Positions 1-12,322 are shown, numbered from the whole stretch's first letter. The stretch is 62,816 nucleotides of DNA, filler included, from Octopus bimaculoides (GCF_001194135.2; 4 parts of 4 records of this genome joined end to end with filler, not necessarily neighbours in it), one strand, 5' to 3'. The notes: generated by a model from the sequence alone, not told the origin. Program-made: numbers and translations.

Positions 1-729
1 TATATATATATATATATGTATATTAAGCACATGTATTTAATGTTAATTTAAGGGTAAATATGTAACTGTAAATACGTTGCGACCTTGCAACTGCTGCGAC
101 AATTATTAACTGGTAATTGAACGGTAAATGTGTATTTTTATATATCTTGGAGCTGCCGCCCCATTGTTTTTTGTCAAGAGTTTCACCTCCACCCGTTTGT
201 TATGTTAGTCAAAACATATACTGACACACCGTTCTCCTGTGGTAGCCGTAAAGACGGAAAGTTGCCGATGCATAATGTTGTTCACATTAGGGTGTAAATT
301 ATTCATTTATTTCAAATATAATAGAAATAAGCTGATCTTAATGTTATCACATTAGAATTAAAAGTGAAAGAATGAAAGTGAAACAATGTTATAGCCTTAT
401 CACATCATAGTTGATAAGCAGCTTTCTTTATTATAATACAGATGTGACTAATTCGGCGAAACATTACTTTCATTATTGAAACATCGTCACTCTTGTAATG
501 CAACACTTTGTAATTTTGGTTGAAACTGAAAGTGTGAAACTATTTTCACTTTCTAATGAAACCTGGTCGTTGTAGAGAAATGTCTTTCAAATAACTATAG
601 CTAGTTGTTGAGATAACGAAGAATATATGTAAATGAAAATATAGTTTATTTGGTAGCCAAAAAACTACTGAATATTTTGATACCACATACGTCAAAATTG
701 GCAACCCAATTTTGGAATGCATAAGGAAC

Positions 730-896
730 ATACGCGCGCGCGTGCACACACGCACACACATACACACACATACACACCTACATACCAACACATACACACT
801 TGCTCTCTCTCTCTCTCTCTCACTCTCTCTCTCTCTCACACCCTCTCTCTCACTCTCTCTCTCTCTCTCTCACTCTCTCTCTCACTCTCTCTCCCT

Positions 897-940
<44 letters not shown>
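730..940. repeat. Compound (CA)n/(CT)n microsatellite
   Basis: Directly visible dinucleotide runs; explains the HT/SL/ER-repeat ORFs. Confidence 0.95.
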
Positions 941-941
<1 letters not shown>

Positions 942-1238
942 GAACATACATAAATCGGTTGGGTAGTTCTCGAGTTTTAGAGATTCACACAGACACACAT
1001 TCTCATCTTTATCTATAATATAAATTGAAGTTGGCCGAGCGTTGTATTTTTTCTTGTCTTGAGATTCATGGCCAAACGGCTGGGTGGATTCGCGTGAAAA
1101 ATGGCACACATGTGGAGATGGGTGCATAGATTGGAACGCGCTTTCTATTTTTCCTAGCCTCCCATACTTACAGAGAAAATTGATTAAAACCACCTGCGTG
1201 CGTGCATGTCAGTGTGTGTCACTGAAGCCATTCATACA

Positions 1239-1270
<32 letters not shown>

Positions 1271-2099
1271 CATATATATACATACATACATACAAACACT
1301 GTTTACACTAGTAATCGTCTGTCTGCTTCGACTCGGCTTTGTAAACTGATTGAAAGCGTGCGCATGTGTATCCCTGAATGACAGCTGTATTAACGTTAGC
1401 ACCCCACTGCCACTCCACATTTGTAACTTACACAACTCCGTTCTTCCTTTCCCTGATATCAGTCACTCTCCCTATGCCATCGCATTTCCCCTACACTAAC
1501 ACTCTTTCACCTTTCTCATTTTATTCAAAAATAGCCCACCCTACTATTACAGTTTTACAAGTTATAAGATTATGGTTGCATAACGAAATTCCGCATCCCT
1601 ACAAGACATTAATATTTATGTACCAGCTTCCAGGAATGTGTTTAATATGTAAAATTGGTATATCCAATAATGTTACACCTCTGTATTTGGTGGCTATTTA
1701 AATAATGTGTTCGTGGATGGCTATAATTTCTATAAAGTATCTGTAGAGATAACCTTTACAAGTGATACTTTCATTCTTCAACTCAACCAACTACTACAGC
1801 AGCCAATAACAAAATCAATAGAAACAATAACAACACCCACTCGATAATATAACCCATAGTACATTACAGTATTGAAACGTTGTTAAATAATCGAACTGCC
1901 AAGAATGCGTTAAATGTGCAAATCGGTTTATCCGATTTCCTTAAGTTACCCGTGGATAGATAAACTTGGTAGTTAAGTATGCTTTATAATTTATTTATTT
2001 TTATAATTTTTTTCTAAAAAGGAAAAATGATCATTTATCACCAACAATGACAAGTACCACAGAGCAAATTGAGGGCCCACATCTGTGTATAAAGATGCA

Positions 2100-2236
2100 C
2101 ACTCTCACACACACACAAACATATACACACAAACATGTACACACACACACGCACGCACGCACGCACGCACGCATGCACGCATGCACGCACGCACGCACAC
2201 ACACGCGCACACACACACACAAACAGACACACACAC
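2100..2236. repeat. (CA)n/(GCAC)n microsatellite
   Basis: Directly visible. Confidence 0.95.
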
Positions 2237-2263
2237 ATCTTTTTTCTTTTTCCCTGTCTCTTT

Positions 2264-2615
2264 CTGCAGCAATGCTCGGGCACCGTCTTGAATGATTTAT
2301 TCGAATAAATCTATCCTCGTACTTATTGTTAAAGTCTGGTATTTATTCTATCTCCTTTGCCGAACCACTAGGAGCATAAACAAAAAATCAGCGGTCATCA
2401 AGCGATGATGGTTGTGGGACAAAAACTCACACACATCCAAACATACAGACGCGCGCGACGGGCTTCCATTCAATTGCCGTCAACTAAATTCTCGCATAAA
2501 ACATCGGTCGGCTGGGGGATATAGTAAAAGATACTTGCCTAGGATGCAACCCAGTGGGACTGAACCCGAAACCATGTGATTGGAAAGCAAGCTTCATAAC
2601 CACACAGCCTGCCTG
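2264..2615 (-). mobile_element. tRNA-derived SINE, family A (internal microsatellite type)
   Basis: Reverse complement starts caggcaggctgtgtggttatgaagcttgctttcc...gggttcagtcccactg (A/B-box-like head); homologous to copies at 13135, 15275, 34624 and 40428. Confidence 0.85.
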
Positions 2616-3130
2616 GTCAATAAACATCACACATTGAAATATATTTTCTTTTACTATTTAAGAATTTGGAGTAAAAATCTGAATTGCACAAAGGAATACA
2701 TTCAGCAACCAAAAATACTACGGCGTCGCTGTTATCGCAGTCACCGCCAGTTTAGCTATATCCCGTCGTTGCAAACAATAATATAGATTCTTTACAGAAT
2801 TTGCTGGTAGCTATAAATACGGCTTTGAATAAGGGGCTATAGCGGTAGGCAATACCGCTAAGCAATTCAGAAAATAAACTTGATACATTAAAATGTATTT
2901 GCTGTATAAGGTTTTTAGGCAAAAATCTGAATTTATGAAAAAGAATGAATCAAGTTAAATGTCGCATTGTTCGAACATAAACTAACAAGTGGATCTATAT
3001 CGTGAAAACTGAGGGTAGTTTTATTAATTGAAGAGGAAGGCGCATCCGTTGGAAAAGAGAAAAAAAAAACCTACTGAAACCATTGATTAATTTCTTACCT
3101 AAAGAATTCACACTTTGTATTTAATAGGAA

Positions 3131-3995
3131 GGATCTTTTTGGTTTGACGGGCAACATTTTTCATTAATGTTTTATGTAGTGTTTTTGGTACCGGAACACT
3201 TTCAAACTTCGTATACTTGTATATTTTGTATTATAGAACAGATAAAAAATTTTGTATTCGAAGTTATTTCATGTAAAAAGTTGTCGTATTTCGGTAATTT
3301 CAATCAATCACTGACGTCTATTGAAGTGAAAACAATTACTGGAATGTAAACAACGGTGTCATGGGATCTTTTCCCTTGAATAAAATTAGTGCCGTTGTTT
3401 GTCAACAACAACTACCCGTGTTACTCTTATTTATGACATCGTTCGTGCGTTTGTACTGGTTTTAGCTTTAGGGTTTTAGGGTTAGGGTTCCGGTTTTAGA
3501 GTTAAAGCTAGTTTTAGGGTTACGGTTAGGGTTATGATTATTTTTGCCATAACCTCACTCATAACTCTAACCCTAACCCTAAAACCCTATAACTCATAAC
3601 CATAACCCTAACCCTAACCCCAACTCTAACCCTAAAACCCTAACTCTAACTCTAAAACCCGAACCCTAACCCAAACGCACGAACGATGTTATAAATAACT
3701 ACCGCCGATAGTTGTTGTTGACAAACAACGGCACTAATTTTATTCAAGGGAAAAGATCCCATGACACCGTTGTTTACATTCCACGGCAGTAATTGTTTTC
3801 ACCTCAATAGACGTCAGTGATTGGTTGAAATTACACAAATACGACAACTTTAACATGAAATAACTTATTAAGAACTAATTTTTGTTAAGAAGGCTAAGAG
3901 AAAAATATGTTTTATATGACACATTCTACCAGTATCCCAAGTTTAAAAGTGTTTCGTTAAGAAAACAAGTGTTGCCCGTCAAACCAAAATGATCC
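3131..3995. mobile_element. Fold-back non-autonomous DNA transposon with telomere-like core
   Basis: Ends ggatctttttggtttgacgggcaaca / gtgttgcccgtcaaaccaaaatgatcc; about 400-bp imperfect inverted arms; flanks aataggaa (3123-3130) and aataggga (3996-4003); degenerate TTAGGG then CCCTAA repeats in the middle. Confidence 0.85.
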
Positions 3996-4494
3996 AATAG
4001 GGAAATATTTCTAAATAATTCCTAAATGTGAGAGTGCTTTCGCCCGTTTAAGATAATGGATCACAGCAGTATTGGAGCACATTCGCTCTGCCATTAAAAA
4101 CAACAGTTTATTTTTTACTAGGCAACAGAACGGTTTAATGAATTATAACATTTAATCAATATGACGCAATAATACTATTCAGAAATATTACAATATTATT
4201 TACAAAATATTGATAGATTTACATGAAGTTATCATAATTCAAAAGGTTCTTTTATCATATTCGAAATTAAATTGCGACTTCCATACAAAACTTCATTATT
4301 TTCTGTTATTTCAGTATATTTAGATAGTTTCTTTATCTCCGCTCGTTTAAAGCAAGATGAAGTTAATACATCTCATCTAACCTACTTAATACTTTTCATT
4401 CTCATTCAATCTTTCTCCATTGTTATTCCGGGTGTGATTAGTACCTTGTCCTTTCATTGATTTTCATTTTACTCATGCTTCTGTCATTCACTTA

Positions 4495-4888
4495 TTGTTG
4501 TTGTTGTTGTTGGCACTCCGTCGCTTACGACGTCGAGGGTTCCAGTTGATTCGATCAACGGAACAGCTTGCTCGTGAAATTAACGTGCAAGTGGCTGAGC
4601 ACTCCACAGACACGTGTACCATTAACGTAGTTCTCGGGGATATTCAGCGTGACACAGTGTGACAAGGCTGACCCTTTGAATTACAGACACAACAGAAACA
4701 GGAAGTAAGAGTGAGAGAAAGCTGTGGTGAAAGAGTACAGCAGGGTTCGCCACCATCCCCTGCCGGAGCCTCGTGGAGCTTTAGGTGTTTTCGCTCAATA
4801 TACACTCACAACGCCCGGTCTGGGAATCGAAACCGCGATCCTATGACCGCGAGTTCGCTGCCCTAACTACTGGGCCATTGCACCTCCA
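4495..4888 (-). mobile_element. tRNA-derived SINE, family C, full length with TSD
   Basis: Minus-strand head with A-box tggcccagtag and B-box gtttcgattcc; (AAC)n tail; perfect 14-bp TSD ctgtcattcactta at 4481-4494 and 4889-4902; second copy at 44357. Confidence 0.92.
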
Positions 4889-5179
4889 CTGTCATTCACT
4901 TAATCTTAAGATTTCGTCAGTTCCTCAACCAACAGAAAACAGATTATTTCATACAAACCCATCCCAAATATTGAGGCTGACTGGTAACAGTGGCAATACT
5001 ACATTTCCACACCTATCTTAAGTTGTATTTTCGAGTTTTTCACTTTTTTAATTCTCATCTGTTGACTTCATTTAGGCATTGAGTAGATTCGAACCCGAAT
5101 CTGCCAATTTCCCTTAACATTGCAACGGCATTTTTCTCACAGAAAAACAATAGTAACAACAGTGAGATTGACCATATGA

Positions 5180-5345
5180 CTTTGCCACTTGACCCTTCCA
5201 ACCTCTTCTAGGCCATGAAAAGTTAGAATTGAGATAACAGGTCCCCCCACCCCCACGAAGTCTATTGTTTTCCGTAATATACCTTTTTTCTAGCTAGTTT
5301 TGTATAGTTATAAATACGAGAACTCCGTAAGGTAAAATCAGCGAC
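5180..5345. repeat. Old interspersed repeat, unclassified (copy 1)
   Basis: ctttgccacttgaccc...aacctctt..aggcca...gagataacag...tagttataaa.ac.agaactc.gtaag shared with 28845-29010. Confidence 0.6.
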
Positions 5346-6844
5346 TAACACCTGACCGGGGAAGAAAGAAGACGTTCCTGTGTGGCGGTCAGCAGTTATG
5401 ATGTTTCACTTCCCTCTCTACTCTCACTTTCACTAGCTCATTTCTCTTCTTTACAACATTACCCTATCTCTATCTGTGGTTTACTACTATACAATGACGA
5501 GAACACAAACACACCTATACAAGAAAAATCTACGATCTCTCTCTTTACCTCGCATGCTTTACGAATTACATCATATCAAACCAGCTCGTCGTGATTTGGC
5601 TATATACAAAGTAACGGTAATAAACATTTGCTAACAACTTCGATCACTGTTCTTCTTTTATCTTGCACATCTGCAACAATTGGTAACTGCTGACCCCAAC
5701 ATTTATCATTACATTTACCGTTACAATTGGTGACTACTAACTCCACCTCACATATACCGTTACACTCATTTTCCTAATGCCTGTACTACCGACAGGGAAG
5801 TTACAGTGTTTACGGGTGTGCACCAGAGCCTGTCTCTAACCCTAACTAACACACCAATCTTAACTTCATTATCAACTTTAAACCTAATGTTTTACCTCAG
5901 TTTCTACTTCCATTGAATTGTTTTCTAAATCAAAGCAACTCACCTCACGTTACCTTTCTTTCACATCAGCATCTACTTTTAAATCCCAGGCATTTTAAGT
6001 TAGCGAAATGGTCATGCTGGCTATCTTAGCAGTAAATGTACTACCTTTCTGACTCAATCGAGGTAGTTAATCAGGCAACTAAAACCATTATATCGCCTAT
6101 CTTTACATTTCTCAGACGACATCTTCATTTATTAGTCACAATGTAATTCACTTACAGCAGAATTACAACTTGCAAGTAGCGAACACTGCATTATAATAGC
6201 GAGAGGAAATTACCCACCATCATCAACTTGGAGGTGTAGAATTAGTAATGAAGGCAGGAAAGCTAATTGATATCATAATGCATCATACGACTTGTAAGAT
6301 ATTACGCCTTCTAAATTATAATCTGGTTGCTTGATCTGACTTTCTGGATATAAGGGCCAGGTTCTCAAGATGTTGCTTTGTTCGACGGAAATGATGTAAA
6401 TGATGCACTTGGAGATAAAACCACATTTGCTGCATGCTTTATATTTAATTCCACTCTGCACACAACTAACAGAGCCTCTTTCAATTTTCCTTTTTCGATC
6501 CTACCCACCACACTTTCACGGATGTATACTTGTCAAGGATAGAAATTAATTCAATAACTTCAACCTTACAAGACAAATGGTTTTAACGCTGCGCTTGATA
6601 TGAAATCAGCTTTTATTTCCATCAACAGACAGTTTCATTAAAACTGCCAATTACCGTTCTAACTCTCTCAATTTCAATATCTCGTTGGCTACTGAAACAG
6701 CCATAAACAGCTGCCTACTTTATGCCATTGAGTCTTTCTCCCACCACAGTGACCACTAATGTTTCCTTAAAGCGTGATCCACTGGATGCTTGATTTCCTG
6801 CATAATATGGTGGGGGAAATAACAACGTAGCACGAGAGACGAAT

Positions 6845-6965
6845 GCGCGTGGTGTGATGGTTAAGCAACAGGATTCTAGCACACAAGGTCATGGGATCAA
6901 TTCTCGGTCCGGTAGGCACGTTCCTTGAATTGTCCCAGTCCACTCAAGTGGGAAGAATGAGTATT
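6845..6965 (+). mobile_element. Degenerate tRNA-headed SINE fragment
   Basis: gcgcgtggtgtgatggttaagc...gggatcaattctcgg gives A/B-box spacing of a tRNA-like head; no acceptor stem, so not a tRNA. Confidence 0.45.
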
Positions 6966-8365
6966 AAGATTAACAGAGCAGTGGTTAGCGTCAAATTAGC
7001 TGGGCAGCGTTAACCAGTTAGTGACGCAATTAAAAACCTTCAGGCATGAAGAAGAAACTCTCAATAGTGGAATGTTATATTCTATCTTTACTTTTTTCTA
7101 TTTTTTACCACGTGGGGCTTAACGAAATATTTGTTGCGAATATGATTTTAAGACTTATGAGCTGGTAGTTTAATACCAAAGGTACTGGGTATTTGGCTTC
7201 TTCAATGAATAATGATATAAATGGTGTTCCTTCCACCCCATAAACTCCTGCAAGCGTTCTGAATATAGTGATAAGATATGTAGTGTAGTAATGCAGCTTT
7301 TGGCTTTCTTTTCTTTAAATATTCCATATCTTACGTACAATTTATAGAGATGAATTGTTTCCTTCTTTATTTTTGAAGGTGTCAGCATACTTAACACAGT
7401 GAGCATCTAAAATCTAAATAATTCACTTTTGCGGAGAAGAAAAGACAATAATAGCTCCATAATTAAGGGCATTGCAATCGTTTCGGCAAATATGGGAAAC
7501 AATTCTGGACCTGTTTTGGTATCATTAGACTACTTCAACCATGCAAAAACTTAACTGAACTGTCCGAGTGACAGAGCCATTATGTAGCTGAACAGTGTTG
7601 TAATTGAGTAGGCGTAAAAATGTTAACATCAAAAACCAAGTTGTTTCATTAAAATTTTTTTCTTTTGACATTGCATTCAGATAATAAAATCTCTTATCAT
7701 CGCACCTATTCACTTTGTATATAACTATAAAGACTTGTACATACACAGAAACATACACGCTTATGTATATATAAAAACTTACATCAAATATGTTTACTTG
7801 GCGACCTAGGTGTAAAGTTGACGTTGGTGTATTGGAAGGAGTTGACAAAACTGGTTCATAAAATAAAATATTTAAGATATTTACCTGTAAAATTATAATT
7901 GTTCTGGCAAGCCCTGGAATGTGAAGTAGATTTTTTAATTACTGGTGCTTCTAGCTGACTAATTGCCTGGCAACAGACAAAAGGTGTATGAGCAATGTGG
8001 TCAGATGGTTGAAAGTATATGATGAAGATTCAAATTGCCTTATTTGTTGTAGAAGAGTACGTATATACATGTGTATGTGTTGCTGTTTGCGCTTTAACTG
8101 TTATAGATGTTTGTTAATGTTGATATTCATGTATATTTTCACGTATGTGTTGGTGTGGTATGTTTATTAAAATGCAACATAAAAATAAGTTAAATAAGAA
8201 TAATCAAAACAGTGCAGAAAGCCCTTTATGCCATATATCGGGTATAAAGAGGGCCGTGAGACTGTTGCTCTCGCACGGCCATATATGCCGTGCACAACGA
8301 CGTTTTTCATTTTGCATAACCCTGAGTTCCGATGGCTCGTAACTTTGTTGATATATAGGCTAATC

Positions 8366-8510
8366 CATCGATCCATCTATCCATCCATCGATCCATCGAT
8401 CCATCCATCCGTCCGTCCGTCCGTCTGTCCATCCGTCCGTCCGTCCGTCTGTCCATCCGTCCATCCATCCATCCATCCATCCATCCATCCATCCATCCAT
8501 CCATCCATCC
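8366..8510. repeat. (ATCC)n/(GTCC)n microsatellite
   Basis: Directly visible; abuts the 5' truncation point of the R4/Dong element. Confidence 0.95.
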
Positions 8511-9222
8511 ATAAAAACAACTGGAATTAATAGCAATATTTTCAGCTGACATAGGAATAGAATTTGGCCAGGAGAAATCTTATTTAATTGTTGAACGGGA
8601 AAAATCAGTCTCTAAGACACAAAACCTGTACATCAATGTCTCACTATCTCTCCTGTCTCACAAAAAGAATGCTACAAGTACCTTGGCATTGATGAAAGCA
8701 TATCATACCAAGGTACTATGAATAAAGATAGAGTAACCCAAGAATATTACACCAGACTAAGAAAAATATGGCAGTCCGAACTCTCCTCTTACAACAAGAC
8801 AATATCCCACAATGCGCTTTCAGTACCAGTGCTGATTCTAACATCTGGGATATTTGACTGGTCAGTAGAAGAAATCCACTCCATAGAATTAAAACCCACT
8901 GGATTCTAGCAGCAACTGGAAATCTCCACAAAAATAGGGATATCGACTGACTCTATCTAAGAAGAGATAAAGAAGGTAAGGGCTTGAGATTAGTGCAGAC
9001 ACCCTTCGAATGTCGCATAGGCTCTCTCAGACAGCACTTGCTAAACAACAGCAGCAAAAATAAATATATTAACTTACTGCTGAAAAATGAAGAAAACAAT
9101 ATCCTACGTGTTGGAAGTGAGCTCCTCAGGAAGTACTCTCTTCCTGATGATCTCTCTCACAACCCCAAATCAGCCGGACAAGCATACTTCAAAGAAGACC
9201 TAGAAGTGAAACGCTCAGCATA

Positions 9223-9255
<33 letters not shown>

Positions 9256-10151
9256 TCATGCATAGACTTGAAGAAAATAGTAACATTGACATGAAGCGAA
9301 GCCTCTCTTGGACTCGTGACCGATACATCACATTACATTTCGAAGGCTATGCATTTGTAATCCAAGAGCAGGAGATTACTATTAAATCCCTAATCAACAA
9401 AAGAGACAGTGAAGCCTGTGGAGTTCCAAGATACAACAGTGAATGTAGATTTATGTCAAATTTCTGTAGAAGGCATCACACGTGATTAGCAGCTGCCCCA
9501 AAATGTCATCAAGGTACTACCTCCCTATGCGACATGACGATGTTGCAAAAACAATATACAATGCCATTTGAGAAAAAGACTGTCCAGGAATAAATATAGA
9601 GACCCCCCCCCCGTTATTGAATACGTACCCAAATACCAGCACAGGGTATACAAGCACAAGGTATACAGGTGGAATATTCCCATCAAAACATGTCAGGTGT
9701 AAAAACAAACGGCCGGATATTGTTATTTGGGATAGGCAAGATAAAATATGTAGCGTCATAGAGGTCAGATGTCCTGCTGATGTGAATATCGCTTTGAAAA
9801 TCAAATAGAAAGAAGATAACTATGGACAACTGCTTTGAAACCTTCAGCTTCTATATCCGAATTAGAAATTTACATTTACAACAATAATAATTAGAGCACT
9901 TGGTTTTGTAAGTAAATGTCTAACTGTCAGTCTGGATAAGCTTGGATTTTCAGAAAACGAAATCAACCAACTGATTCGCACAATACAGATATAATCTGCA
10001 AGCGGAACGGTAAAACTATGAAAGACTTTTCTTAGGTTTAAAATGTAACATAGTTTGCGTTATCTACATTCCAAAGATTGAACTTTGTATTTTTGTAAGA
10101 AATCAACTCCTTCTTCAGAGGAAGAATTTAAATGATTAAACAGAGAAGAAA
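8511..10151 (+). mobile_element. 5'-truncated R4/Dong-clade non-LTR retrotransposon (RT thumb, CCHC knuckle, RLE endonuclease), decayed
   Basis: Translation across frameshifts: CYKYLGIDE...EYYTRLRKIWQSELSSYNKTISHNALSVPVL...GIFDWS; ECRF(C)QISVEGITHVISSCPKMSSRYYLPMRHDDVAK; KRPDIVIWDRQDKICSVIEVRCPAD..K..KEDNYGQL (PD..D-E-K pattern); stop at about 10048; 3' UTR ends in (TACA)n. Confidence 0.88.
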
Positions 10152-10588
10152 CATACATACATACATACATACACACATACATGGTAGCTGCAAACTCGTG
10201 TTCGAGTATTACCATCGCCTGATCGAAAGTCCCACACATGCGAAGGCTATGACCAGCCACTTTTGTGATAGGTCTTACTTTTTTTCAAGCGATGCCTATG
10301 CATGGTTTTTTTTTTTGTGGGGAAAAGGTTTGCACAAATCCAATCCCACTCTTTGAACATGGACATCATAAACACGAAAGGAAGAACTAATCTACATCAT
10401 CGAATATTATCAGTGTCGCACGTTTTCTGTGAGAGTTTCCCTCTCCTAGAGAGATGTGACAACAGAGGAAGAATTTAAATGATTAAACAGAGAAGAAACA
10501 TACATACATACATACATACATACATACACACATACATGGTAGCTGCAAACTCGTGTTCGAGTATTACCATCGCCTGATCGAAAGTCCC
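10116..10588 (+). repeat. Direct duplication of about 120 bp (10116-10233 and 10463-10588)
   Basis: cagaggaagaatttaaatgattaaacagagaagaaa(cata)n..ggtagctgcaaactcgtgttcgagtattaccatcgcctgatcgaaagtccc present twice, differing only in microsatellite length. Confidence 0.9.
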
Positions 10589-10763
10589 CTTCCGCCCTTT
10601 GACAGGTCTTATTTTTCGTCTTGCAGGGTGTCCAACAATCACTCTCCTCACCAAGCTTGATGGGGTTGCCAGTTTAGTAGCCGACGACCTGACCATGCAA
10701 CAGGTTGTACTGAGTTACATGTTACCAGTAGCGCCCAAGAGCGACCTGACATAACATGCATAC

Positions 10764-10794
<31 letters not shown>

Positions 10795-11181
10795 CACTTA
10801 TAAATATTTATAAAGTGTTTTATGCGGAGGCATAATTGTTTGATGGCATACGTCACTTTTATTAAATATTTTTAAGCATAAGCGAGCAAACAATAAATGA
10901 AAAAGAGATAAATATGATGATGATGATAGTTGATAGGAAAAGATTAAGGAATATTAATTCTTTTCTTTGGCTGTTTCTTATTAACATCTCTTTGTTGCCT
11001 TCCAACATGTTAATAACTAGCTGCGAAATCTCGTGTTATTTTAGTTCAAATTAAGTTATATTCCGATTCATGCACAATTTAGTATCTCTCTGAACACTAG
11101 CCATTGGCCATAGGAAAACTATTATCTGGTAGCAAACATATTCCTTTATCCTAACATTTACCTCTCTCTCTCTCTCTCTTT

Positions 11182-11221
<40 letters not shown>

Positions 11222-11766
11222 CAGTACGTACTACACAAGCGGTCAGTACACGCGTAGACTGAAGTATATAAATTCTATTATGTATGCGTGTATATGTGTA
11301 TATCAAAATCATTATAAATNNNNNNNNNNNNNNNNNNNNNNNNNNNNNNNNNNNNNNNNNNNNNNNNNNNNNNNNNNNNNNNNNNNNNNNNNNNNNNNNN
11401 NNNNNNNNNNNNNNNNNNNNNNNNNNNNNNNNNNNNNNNNNNNNNNNNNNNNNNNNNNNNNNNNNNNNNNNNNNNNNNNNNNNNNNNNNNNNNNNNNNNN
11501 NNNNNNNNNNNNNNNNNNNNNNNNNNNNNNNNNNNNNNNNCTATACATTTAGAGGTATTGGAGGCATTTTAAATAAGAATATATTCCTTTCACTTCAAAG
11601 AATATATCTGCATAAAAATTATATTGTACTTTCCTCAGTTAACGAAGTTTCTGGTAGCGAAATAAAAGTCGAGTAAATTAGCGAAATAAAAGTGGAATAT
11701 ATTTGTGAAATAAAAGTGGAATATATGATTTCGTTAATCGAAGTGCACGCGCGCGTGTGTAAGTGC

Positions 11767-11804
<38 letters not shown>

Positions 11805-12322
11805 ACGCTGCGTGTGTATGTGTGTGTAAGCGTAGGTGTATGCGAATGTGTGTGTGTATTAAACTTGATCACGTGTGGCTAAGGTAGAAGACAGTGCGAT
11901 CATCAAATACCACAAAGCCAAATACTTCCTTCCTACACACACACACACGCGCGCGCGCGCACGCACAAACGCACACACATCTATACATACATACATGCAC
12001 ACGTTACTAGTGTCGAACAGAAGAGTACTCAATACTGAGTTTTTGAGTATGAATTATTTATTATGTAAATTACAATTACGATGACATACTGATACCCTGG
12101 GTTCCTTGTTAACAGATCCGAGCATTCGCTCAGGCAGCGAAAGGTCCGATTGTAAGCCAAGGTATGCCAAAATATGGTTGTATGCAAAGAATGTACTGTT
12201 TTCTTTGACTCATATAACTGCTGGAACAAATACAGATCTTGTATAGGATAGATGTGAAATTTCAGTCTTATTTCTATTCGAAAGAAAGTTTTAAATAACT
12301 CAAGGATAACAATTCCTGATAT

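Noticed and set aside
3461-3672. Genuine ancestral telomere fusion site
   Set aside because: The repeats are short, degenerate and enclosed by ~330 bp of non-telomeric inverted arms with TSD-like flanks; a transposon explains this better.
4810-4889. tRNA gene (also considered for other SINE heads)
   Set aside because: A/B boxes are present but there is no complete cloverleaf, and the head is fused to a SINE body with tail and TSD.
6100-6780. Decayed LINE apurinic endonuclease (IIIARGNYPPSSTW, HSDH-like)
   Set aside because: Only faint motif resemblance amid many stops; not supportable without a profile search.
7170-7966. Cluster of short minus-strand exons (e.g. KLTLAGVYGVEGTPFISLFIEEAKYPVPL; AISQLEAPVIKKSTSHSRACQNNYNFT)
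   Set aside because: Several mutually incompatible splice models, one needing a ~35-nt intron, and no recognisable protein; such signals arise by chance in AT-rich DNA. RNA-seq would decide.
11658-11712. Short direct repeats gaaataaaagtggaatatat as a CRISPR-like array
   Set aside because: Only 2-3 imperfect units, no unique spacers, eukaryotic context, no cas genes.
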